NCBI GenBank assembly: GCA_002269645.1
Contig: NIVC01000754.1
Location: forward strand, 1-64,000
From: Macrostomum lignano
Lineage: Eukaryota
Reading direction: 5' to 3'
DNA: 64,000 nt
Positions 38,298-49,037 of the stretch are shown here, piece after piece. A program made the translations under genes and the position numbers. Below the pieces are notes generated by a model. It did not search any database and was not told the origin of the DNA. It saw only the letters and a list, made by a program, of their open reading frames with translations. Within the stretch, counting starts at the first letter, position 1, and each line of letters begins with the position of its first letter.

Positions 38298-39043
38298 TTA
38301 TCCACGCAGGAGGAAGTCTCTATCGGTGCTGCTCAGACTGGCAGGCGGGTAGGCGAACCTCAGTAGGTGGCACAGGCGCTGCTGGCCAGAGAAAATCACA
38401 GCCTGGCAGTCAGCTGAGGCCTCGCACGGGATCAGGCAGTCCAGAGCTGTTTGGGCGGCGATGCTCCAGGAGATCGGCAGGGTCAACGAGACCGTGAGGC
38501 TGGGGATCTGCGACTGCTTGAAGCAGCTCCGCTCTGGATTGAAATCGGTGATTACGATTTACAACGCAGACCTACTAACTTCTAATACACAGTGGTAGAG
38601 CGCAATCTACGCTCGTAAGTACGTGTGCAAACTTATTGGGGTAGGTCAGAGCAAATGCTGAATTTCGCCAAGGACTTTTGCAGATTTAGATTTGGCTGGA
38701 GCTTCCCTGGCAGTTTTTTGCAGTCGCTTTCATTGGCAGGTCCCAGCGAGACGTAGTCCCAGAATTATGGGTAGCAGGCCTCTCCGCTCTGCATACCCAG
38801 ATAGGGAAAGCCGCCAAGAGCGCAGAATCCCATGCAGAACTCGTGGATCAGCTGCTTGTTTATCGTTCTCAAACCCTCCACTCTGATCTCACCGAGCGTA
38901 TTGATTCCAAACAAGCCCTTCTGGTCTCTGATGGCATTGTCTCTAAAGCAGCCGACATAGGAGATTTGAGAAACTCTCCCAGTCGCCATACAGGCCAGAA
39001 TTAGCGCAGCAAATACAGCAAGCTGGAGAGAAGTTGCTGCCAT
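38298..39043 (-). pseudogene. WSC + PAN gene copy C (diverged exon 1, frameshifted)
   Basis: Signal peptide and YVGCFRD...FCMGFCALGGFPYLG, then stop and frameshifts near 38770-38640; exon 2 conserved. Confidence 0.82.
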
Positions 39044-39679
39044 TGCGAGCAGAAGGATGTTATAGAACTGTTTAGTCGAAATGTTTTATGGCATTGAGAG
39101 ATATGATTGAGTGAATGCAACTCCCTGCGCCTCTTATGTTCCCAAGCTCGATTCCAGTTGCAGTTACATTAACTTCAGCTAAATTCGAATCTCGGCTTGG
39201 AGCAATTAACGCCCTTAAAGGCCAACCCCCAGGAAATAGTAAAGTTACATGTAAGGGCCGCTGTACACACCTGTGTAAGTGTGTGCCGGTGCGTATGACT
39301 GCGTACGTATCCGCGCGCTTGTGTTCCTGCTCAGGGACTCGGCGTAAAGGGCAGTAATGCCTCCAGCCGGTTGTGTGGCAATGTCGCTTACATTTGGCAT
39401 TACGCATGGAGTGCACACAGCCCAATTCCAAATACAAATACAATACAAATGGAGACTGACGTTTGATATCAATGCTCTTGCCAAGGACCACTGTATATAC
39501 TATATAAACATATATATATACAATGGTCCTTGGCTCTTGCACGATAGCCTGCGTCAATATTGTAATTGCCCGCATCTGTGTACTTGCTTACTTGTTTGCG
39601 ACTTAGTTCGGGTTTTCTACCCAGCACCTCATTGGCTGATTTACAGACTCATTGAAATTCTCGCCTCGAGATTAGTGAC

Positions 39680-39973
39680 CAGGGGCGTCGCTATGGTTTT
39701 AATGGTGGGGAGAGACAAAGCCAAGAATTCTATACGTACATGTACATGACTAAATTCCTTGATGTAGCTCGTACCTTGGTTTGTGAATCAATTTTTCCAG
39801 CGCTTATTTTGCGCTATAGGCACTCATTTTTCTGCCGCAAGCAAAATTATTGATTTTCAAAACGGGTCACAAGGTAGGGTAGGTAGGGTGGGGGGAAAAG
39901 CATTGGCATGTCCCCCAATAATATTACTGGAAAGGGGAAATTCCCCCATGCCCCCCTCGGTGGCGCGCCCCTG
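39680..39973 (+). mobile_element. hAT-type MITE
   Basis: CAGGGGCG...CGCCCCTG termini; 8-bp TSD TTAGTGAC/TCAGTGAC; empty site TCAGTGAC at 53733-53740 in the paralogous flank. Confidence 0.85.
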
Positions 39974-40509
39974 TCAGTGACTGTTTCTGGATTTACAAAC
40001 AATTCCCACTAACTGCATTCACCAAAATTACGAGTTTGAGAGAGAAACTTTCTCTAAAAAACTATATGTCTCAGAATTATGAGAAAATATTATGTGTATA
40101 TATCGCTCTCCAAAAGAAGAAACTGCATATGAAGCTTGCCTAAAGTCGTTGCCAGTGCAAATTGTAGTATTTCAAAAGAAATTCGATATTGCATTTAACG
40201 CATTCTCATACCTATCTGCTCCTCATCAGCTACTCACCATGTTTTTACCGATGTAATTACCTATGCTCCTGTATTATTACGAGTACATGTAGGTGTATCT
40301 TGAACTTAAAAATGGAAAATTCATTGTGCAGGCAAATGAATCTAAAACTTTTTAGAGCAACCACTTTCTCTGAATTTTGCGTTGCATTAACAAATTAGAA
40401 ACTTTCTCTATTGGCTTGTCATGTGACTTAAATTAAGTGGGAAAATGTAGTTTAAGTTAGTTTTATCGGACTCTAGACTTTTGAACCCAAGACTTTTCCG
40501 TATCGACTA

Positions 40510-40796
40510 GGGGGTTGTAGCCTAGTGGTTAGAGGGTCGTACTCACGACTTGAAGGTCAGGGGTTCGATTCCGATCCTACAGGAAAAATGGTGTCTCTTG
40601 AGCAAGACACTTAACTCTTCATTTCTTCAGTTCAACCAACTGTAAAATGGGTGCCAGCATTAGCTGGGGTAATTGAGGGTGTGTGTGGCGACCCTCCATT
40701 CCTTGGACTGAACAGCCGTACCCAGCCTTCAGATGCACTGCGCAGTAGCTGCGTCTGAGCTGTCGGTTGCAATTATTTCTGTTATTTGTATTATTA
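40510..40796 (+). mobile_element. tRNA-derived CORE-like SINE, copy 2
   Basis: A box TAGCCTAGTGG, B box GTTCGATTCC, body colinear with 7214-7548; tail interrupted by a DNA transposon. Confidence 0.85.
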
Positions 40797-41323
40797 CCCG
40801 GTGTAAAAATCGACGTCGAATCGACTTCGAAAATTTTAAGCCGAATCGACGTCGAATGATGTCCCGGTGATTCGACGTCGATTCGAAGTCGAGTTTTTCG
40901 GCCTAAATTTCGCGATACTTCCTTGATTTTCGCCTCTGAATGTGGCCTCAAAACAAACAAAATTCTTTAAATAAATAACTTAATTTAAATATTCAATACG
41001 AGGGTGACTTCATGTAGTATATCTTTTGAATGCGCGGCATTAAATCAGAACAAAATAACCGCATAAAATGGAACACAAAAAGCTGAAATATGGTTTATTT
41101 TTAAAGAAACTACGAGCGCAGTAAAGAGAAGCTTTGGTATATAAATTAACAAAACAATTACAACGATTAGAAAAGACAGCGCAAAAAGTCGGAAAAACTA
41201 AAAACTAAGAAATTTATGATGAATGGACTTTGATATCCAGCGTCTTTGAGAAGCATATGATATATGAGTAGTAGTTCGTATTTAAAAACGTATCATGATG
41301 CAGACATCTAATCACTCTTAAAT

Positions 41324-44048
41324 TCACTCCTCATGTCGCTTTGACGTGGCCCTTACTTTTGAATCTTTCAGCATTCGCTTAATCTTTTGAGTGATTCGCT
41401 CCTCAGAAGCTTGCGGAAACGCCTTGGTTACGGCCACTGAAAGCAAATAAATTCACTGCATTTTACACGTAGGCACGCGAGTACTTTTTGTGACATCGTT
41501 TTAACTGCATGGAAATACAATTACAGGTAAATAGACAGAGGCGTCGCCATGGATTTTATGGTGGGGGGACAAAGCCAAGAATTCTATATGCACATGTACA
41601 CGACGAAATGCCTACAGGTACATTATTTTCAGAATCGGTGTTGTCAGCACTAATTTTAGCACTGCAGGCACTCATTTTAGCTCCGCAGGCACTCATTTTA
41701 GCGCCGCAGACACTTATTTTAGCGCCACAGGCACTCATTTTAGCACTGCAGGCACTCATTTTAGCACTGCAGGCACTCATTTTAGCTCCACAGGCATTCA
41801 TTTTAGCGCCTTAGGCACTTATTTTAGCGCCACAGGCACTCATTTTAGCACTGCAGGCACTCATTTTAGCTCCACAGGCATTCATTTTAGCGCCTTAGGC
41901 ACTTATTTTAGCGCCACAGGCACTCATTTTAGCACTGCAGGCACTCATTTTAGCACTGCAGGCACTCATTTTAGCTCCGCAGGCACTCATTTTAGCGCCG
42001 CAGACACTTATTTTAGCGCCACAGGCACTCATTTTAGCACTGCAGGCACTCATTTTAGCACTGCAGGCACTCATTTTAGCTCCACAGGCACTCATTTTAG
42101 CGCCTTAGGCACTTATTTTAGCGCCACAGGCACTCATTTTAGCACTGCAGGCACTCATTTTAGCACTGCAGGCACTCATTTTAGCTCCACAGGCACTCAT
42201 TTTAGCGCCTTAGGCACTTATTTTAGCGCCACAGGCACTCATTTTAGCGCCACAGGCACTCATTTTAGCACTGCAGACACTCATTTTAGCACTGCAGGCA
42301 CTCATTTTAGCTCCGCAGGCACTCATTTTAGCGCCGCAGACACTTATTTTAGCGCCACAGGCACTCATTTTAGCACTGCAGGCACTCATTTTAGCACTGC
42401 AGACACTCATTTTAGCACTGCAGGCACTCATTTTAGCTCCGCCGGTGCTATTTTGTCACCATGCAGCAAAAATTAATAACGGGCCACAAGGTGGGGGTGG
42501 GGGGACAAAGCATTGGCATGCCCCCCCAGATATTTTACTGGAGGGGACATGTCCCCCTGTCCCCCCCGTTGGTGACGCCCCTGTAAATATATTAGTAGTG
42601 CACATTAGTGGTACATTAACGGGTAAGTATAAATATACGAAGTACATTTGGAAATGATACGTATAAATTCCTAAGCAAAGGTTTGGCAGGAGCATTAGTT
42701 CATAACATTAACTTACAAATGACGATCGGTTCCAAGGTTTTGGCAAATGATAGCTTATTGCCACTTGTTTTTCGTGCTTGCGAATAATCCCTACCAGACC
42801 GATTGAAAGCCTGTTGAAACTTTCTTGACAGCAGAAAGTCCATTATTCTTGCTGTGTGGGCTTCAGCAGTGTTGCCACCAAGGCGTCGTAGCTTCGAAAT
42901 CTGTAAAAGGACGCGCGTTTGAGTCACCTGCAACATCAGTCATTTTTATTTGTACCGTACCAAAGAACTTTTTCATGCATGCAGCATAATATTTCGTGAT
43001 ATTTATTTAAAATGATGTTAAACTCATGAAATATGAAGCAATTTTGCGCCCATAAACATTTGATAAAAGTATTGAGACATGAATTGACTTACTATAGCGT
43101 TCCGGAAACCAGATTCTTGTAGCTTCCGACAGAAGCTCTGGTATTCAGATACATTTTTCATCGGAAGGTCACCAAGTGAATCATCTATATGTACCAGTGA
43201 CGGAGACTCAGCGGCGTCAGATGAGGTGGTCGACTGGTTCTTTGAAACCATCTTGATGTCGCGCACCACGTGGGCGAGTAGATGCACTATTCCTGCAGGA
43301 ACAAGAACAACGCATGTACGAGTACTTTATCATGAAGTTTCTACAGCACGATTTCGATTTGCATTACCTCTGTTGGAGTAAAGGTCCAATCCAGCGGAAC
43401 GGAAGTCTTTCTCCCACTTGCTCACTATTGTTTGTGTCTCCAAATGGAAACGGCCCTGATGATCCCGAACCGGATGATTCCCGCTTGAAACCGACGAATG
43501 TGGCGTGACCCGCAGGTCTCCAGTTAGTTCTCGGAGGAGAGAATCGCCACTGTTGGAGGTTTGTGGGACAACTCCTCCGTTGTGCATGATATTTTGGAAA
43601 TCAGATGGGCCAGAACTGCACGAAACATGTGGCGGCAAACACGCGCTGTGCTGTTGATTGCGTAACAGGAGCAACGGATCTGGAAGCATAGGTCTGGATT
43701 CAGGTGCAGGCTTCCTAGAAACCGGCGCTTCAAATGGGCTCCCAGCAGAATGCACATCGGTTTCATCTGCTGTCTCATCGGATGATGTTGTTCCAAAACG
43801 ATGTGACGGCACAGATATCCGCCCGAAACTCGAACGATTCACTTGTGATCCTCCTCCCCAGCATCATCCTCCTGCTCAGATATATATACAGTTGGTTCAA
43901 CACCTTCATCTTCATCCAAGATTGAGCCAAATTGTCTTTCAGCATCCATAGGCCTACTATTAAATTCATGAGCCTCAGAATCCCCTTCTACATGAATAAA
44001 GTCCAGCAGTTTCTTCCGAATTTCCCTGTTGAAATTTCGTGAGGCCAT
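41324..44048 (-). CDS. Multi-exon DUF4806-like gene inside the CCC element (5' structure unresolved)
   Basis: Exons 43292-43093, 42900-42717, 41436-41324 join in frame: LPMKNVSEYQSFCRKLQESGFRNAI|ISKLRRLGGNTAEAHTARIMDFLL..FNRSG..KLSF..|AVTKAFPQASEERITQKIKRML; upstream ORFs 44048-43839 and 43842-43330 are out of frame with each other. Confidence 0.6.
41536..42583 (+). mobile_element. hAT MITE (same family as 39680) containing an expanded 21-bp minisatellite
   Basis: CAGAGGCGTC...GACGCCCCTG; TSD TAAATAGA/TAAATATA; GCACTCATTTTAGCACTGCAG units from about 41647 to 42440. Confidence 0.85.
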
Positions 44049-46209
44049 GTTAATCTGAAACAGTAAATTGAATCAGTGAATTAAAACAGTGAACAGTAAA
44101 TTATTTTGTATAAATAAAAAATTTGCAATATTGCACAAGAAATTAAAAAGGACTAGTCTGTTATTGATAATGCTTGGTTATTATTTGGCTGTCAATGTGG
44201 ATGTTTTTTGTACTAAATTTTAAGTGAAAGATTTCGATGTAAATGTACACAGTTGTATAAATGATATTATGTCTACTCAAAAATAGTATTTCGCCTTTCT
44301 CCCAACTGTTTGAAATTCCCTCTATATTTAAAAAAGATGAACTTGACCGTAGCTAATTCAAACATTATGCAGTCTGTACTGCTCAGTAAGAATAATTCAG
44401 CAATAGTTTAGAAATGATAATACAGTGTTTGCTTTAGATGGAACATATTACTATAAGTAAAACATTGTCTATATCTACAAAAGCCATTTAAAGTGCAATA
44501 AAGTATCAAAGGCACTAAAGTTTATAAAGGATCTATAATAACAAATAGTTAAAGCTTTAATTTTATAGGCCTAGGATCTCATGAATAATTCTAAACTAAA
44601 GCCCAAAAATAAAAAATTGGAACTTTACAACTGTAAAGGAAATAAAATTTTATGTTCTACATCATTAAAATTCCATTATATAAGTTTATAGAGTGCTTCT
44701 TGATTGGAGACAAATAAACCAAAAACTTGTTTAGCATCACCATGAGCAATTTGGATTAGAAGCCTATATCACTTATTATCATTTCATTAAAGCTTAATAA
44801 AAATATTTAAAAAGTTAAGCAAAGTATTAACTGAAAAATTGACATCAATCTAGTTTGGACCCCATAAAAATTGTCATAAAATAATTATGATTTCATAATA
44901 AAATCCACAAAAAACAAACAATAAAAATTGTAGCAATTTATCTTAAAAATAGCTGAAACAAGAATGCTCACTATATTTAGCACATGCCTATTGGCTCTGT
45001 GCTTCAAACAACATGTTAAAAGTGTCTTTTTAAAGTAAGGTTGCTAATGTGACTACAGCTAGTTAATTATAAAGTTGCAAAAATTATAGAGAGGGAAGTT
45101 TTATTACTTTTTTTTACAAAAATGAATGTTGAATAATATGGCTGTTGATTATAACACCCCATGCATAGATGCTATGACTATAGCGACCAAATGCAATATG
45201 ACTAAAATTTTAGAAAAAGTCAGGAGAGAGCAAATCCCAAATGACAAGTTAACACATAAATAACTTTGTGAAAAAAATCAGTCGAAAGAACTAAATTAAT
45301 TTGCTGCTGCATACTGCGAATGCTATTTTAAATTGATTACTTATTCAGAACTGCATATTTACTTGGAAATTGCAAACCTTTAAGTAAACTTCTAACTACG
45401 AGCGTTTTTTTGCCCAGGCGATCTAGTAATTCTGCAAATTTAACGTCATTAATTTAAACTCACACCATTTAGTATCGTGTGCTGCAAAATAGCTCGAGTA
45501 AACATAATTCTAAACTAAAAATTTAAATTATTCTGTTACTAAAAGTACTGCCGTTACGGTCAAGTTAATATTTATAAGAGTAAATTTAATTTGTTAAAAC
45601 TGTTGATGCAACTCAAATCGAAGTCGAATTTTCGACTTCTATTCGGCATCTCCGTCAATTCGACTTTAGAAGAAAAATCGACTTCGAATCGACTTCGAAT
45701 CGACGTCGAATTTTACACCGGGTACTAATATATTGTATTATAATATTATATAAAAGTCGAATAATTTCTGATTCGATAAGCAAATCAAGGTGAATAATTA
45801 ACTGCTTTAAGGCATTCAGCGTCAGTTTATAGGTTCTTCATTCGTGTAGCAGATCCTAATACGACCAGTCTAAACCAAACCACCCTTTATTATTTTGATC
45901 CGCCCGCTGAAAATAACAAGAGAGCCATCGAGAAGAATTCAGCAAAAGCAGCTCATGGCAGCCGGTCGTCAGCAGTGCGACCACGAGGTGCCAACATGAT
46001 AGGCAATCCTTTATCTGTATCTTAAAAATACCCTTGGAATTGGAAACCCTTCGAACACAGACAGTGGCAATTTAAAGTTGGACACGCGATCAGCTCTACT
46101 GAGCAGCCGTAGATGAAGGAAGCCAACAAAAAGCAGCCTATCAGGTTGCAGTTTATAAATCAGTGACAAAAGATTTATCAGCTCTACGCTCGTAAAAGAA
46201 GAGACGAAG

Positions 46210-46933
46210 ATGTCTCCTTTTGGCCATCGCCCAGCAGTCTTGGCAGCTGCCTGCTGCTCTCTCCTGCTCGTCATTGGCGTCACCGCTGCTCGAGTCATTC
46301 AAGTCTCCTACATCGGCTGCTTCAAGGACAACAGCGCCAGGGACATGAGAGGCTTATCGGGAATCAGCAGAATCGGTGAAATCTCCGTTTCAGAACCAAG
46401 AGTGTTAAGCGGCAGCATGACTCAGGACTTCTGCAGCAGCTTCTGTGCACTTGGCGGCTTCCCGTACTTCGGGTTGCAGTACGCAAGGGCCTGTTTCTGC
46501 AGCTGGGACTTCGGCTCGTTGGGACCAGCCAAGGAAAGCGACTGCAACATGCCTTGCAACGGAAACTCCAGCCAGATCTGTGGAGGCCCTTGGAAAAATT
46601 CGGTGTTCGCTTTGGAATACCCGAGTGAGTTGATATGAGGCGTTACTGTTCAAGTGAGATGCTTTTACTAAAATTAGCCCCGTTTTGTTTGCTTCAGAGC
46701 AAAGCTGCTTCAAGCAGTCGCAGATGCCCAGCCTCAACGTTTCGTCGGCTCTGCCGACCTCCTGGAGCCTCGCCGCCCAAACAGCTCTGGACTGCCTGAT
46801 CCCGTGCGAGGCCTCAGCTGACTGCCAGGCTGTGATTTTCTCTGGCCAGCAGCGCCTGTGCCACCTGCTGAGGTTCGCCTACCCGCCTGCCAGTCTGAGC
46901 AGCACCGATGGAGACTACTTCGTTCGCGGCTGA
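46210..46933 (+). CDS. Secreted WSC + PAN/Apple-like protein, copy D (intact, 216 aa)
   Basis: Exons 46210-46624 and 46698-46933, 73-bp GT-AG intron, no disruptions. Confidence 0.92.
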
Positions 46934-47757
46934 GTCCGTTGGAAGCAAGAAAGTTTAGGAAACTTTGTACAATATATTTTACTGCTTATCCGACACAAAG
47001 AAAAAAGAATCCCTGTCCACCTCTTTGAAGATTTTGCTAAGTAGTATGGGAACATGTGATGCCCAAAAGACTCTGAACTGACAGCCAAGAAAGGGTGGCA
47101 TGTGGGGCAGGGGCAAAGCAGAAATTTAAGCGCAGAGGCGGGTCATGGCTTGAGCAAGTCGCAACTGGCGTGGACACGCATACAAGATGTCAGTCATCCT
47201 TTGTGTAGTAAAGCTGGTTTGCCCCGAAGAATTACACTTGCTCATGACTGTTCAAGCACAATTGCTAGCGCTGTGAATTGTGATTGCTATATACTCAATC
47301 AAATTCTCCCACATCAAAAGAATCGGAAATGTTGTATTCCGAGAAAGGCATAAAACACTACAGCTAATATTTTATTCTGTTTAAGAAGTTGCCATTCAAG
47401 ATTAAAGCCTTTCTTTCTGCTACATCAAGTCAGCAAAAATCTATTTTTGAGTTCACTTTTCAGTGCGCTTTGATGAGAGCTATGCCAGCTGCTCAACTTT
47501 ATTAATCGCTGAGTCTAGTGAATCCTGACAACTGATAAATAGAGACTGCAAGGATGCGATGCGAATAGCGCAAATTTTCATGTTTGAAGCAGAAATATAC
47601 TGAATTTAAAAAGAATTAACATCCTTTTCGAGTCTCAAATAGTCATGTGAGCACTGAATTAAAGCTATAATAGCGGATGCCTTAACGTGGCTTAAAAAGC
47701 TTCGCTAAATGATTGACAGGAGGGAGTGACGCAGTTTTATGGCCATAATTTTTATCT

Positions 47758-48190
47758 TTAAGAATGAAAAACGCGGGCTGCTGCCGCGTTCGTGTCGGAG
47801 GCCATCACGGTCAGGCAGAAGACCTCGTCCTCTTCGCCCGAACTGTCGCTGCCGACTCGCAGGACTCGCACGTCCTCTGGCCGGGACAGACAGGCCTTGG
47901 CGAGGTGATTCAACTTGCCGCATCGGTTGCAGGTATTGCCTACCGCTGCGCTACAGATGCGGTGGCCGAAGTTGCCGCAGCGGATGCACTTTGGCTGCGT
48001 GCGATCGGCTGTCTGCGTTGCTGATCTCTGTGGCTGCTCTGGCGGGTTGAACTCGCGCTTCCGCAGCCGTTGCACGGTCGCTGCGCTGGTCTCCATGAGA
48101 CTGACCTGCGACTCCGCTGCCTCCATGGCCCTGGCCACCCGGACCGCCTGGCCCAGGTCCACGTTGTCCATGGCCAGCAACTTCATGTGG
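47758..48190 (-). pseudogene. Gypsy-type gag C-terminal fragment
   Basis: KLLAMDNVDLGQAVRVARAMEAA and knuckles CIRCGNFGHRIC, CNRCGKLNHLAKAC. Confidence 0.7.
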
Positions 48191-48213
48191 AGCTGCTCGG
48201 AGCTCGAAAAGCT

Positions 48214-48720
48214 TTATGCCGCTAGGTCGCACCACAGATCGAGCTGCTCCGATTGCGTCGTTACATTTGCTTTTCGCAGCATACCCCACCAGGCTGCCAG
48301 AAAAGCTGCCCAAAACGCGATGTCACTCTTGAGTTGTTGGTCCAGGTGGGCGTGCATCTTGAGGAGATCTGCGATTCTGAACAGCTTCCTTGAGCGCTGC
48401 TTCCGACGAGGACATCGGCGAAGACCACGAAGCACCAGCTTAACCCTCGGTGACCCACACGGGTCCGGCCGGCCTAGAGCTCTGAAGTACAGCGAAACCG
48501 CGTTAGCATACGCCTGGCAGCTCCGAAAGGCTGACAGCCGGGCGGACAGCTCAGCCAGGTACTCAGCCACGTGCACAGGCTCTGCCCGCACCGGCGTCAG
48601 GTGCCGAGAATTGCAAAAACGCAGCCAGGTGCGACCGGTAACTCCGCTTCGTGCGGGGCGCGTAGGCATTGCCCAGGAGAAAAGCGCAACGCTTGCTGAG
48701 GCGGTCGGGAGTCTGGCGCG
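48214..48720 (-). pseudogene. DIRS/Ngaro-type tyrosine recombinase N-terminal fragment
   Basis: AYAPRTKRSY, WLRFC, YLAEL, VKLVLRGLRR, FWAAFLAAWWGMLRKANV (first catalytic Arg); truncated. Confidence 0.7.
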
Positions 48721-49037
48721 GAGGGCCTGTAAAATGAGAGAAACGGAGACAGCAGGGCAGAAAAAACTTTGGTGCTCTATGTCGAGTCGTAAGTTTCGTA
48801 CTGGTAAAGTTACTACTCAATAATATGTCTCTTAAGATACGGAATTTCAAAAAAACCGTGGCCTCCCATTCCATAGTTTGCTAATTGTGGATGACAAACA
48901 CTGTTGGAACTAAAACTTTGCATAGCGTAATTCAGTATTGGGTTCCATTTTTGTGCTTCACATAAGCTCGTACTAAAATGAATGTCTTTATTTTGTTATG
49001 CTTCACTGAAGCGGACAAACTTAAACAGTGGCAATGC

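Larger units (their letters stand above)
40797..45722. mobile_element. DNA transposon with CCCGGT TIRs and TA duplication (CMC/EnSpm-like, probably non-autonomous)
   Basis: TA|CCCGGTGTAAAAATCGACGTCGA ... TCGACGTCGAATTTTACACCGGG|TA; subterminal TCGAC(G/T)TCGA repeats; no transposase recognised; superfamily call is inference. Confidence 0.8.

Noticed and set aside
41509-42431. MSACSAK / ALILA repeat ORFs
   Set aside because: Translations of the 21-bp minisatellite inside the MITE.
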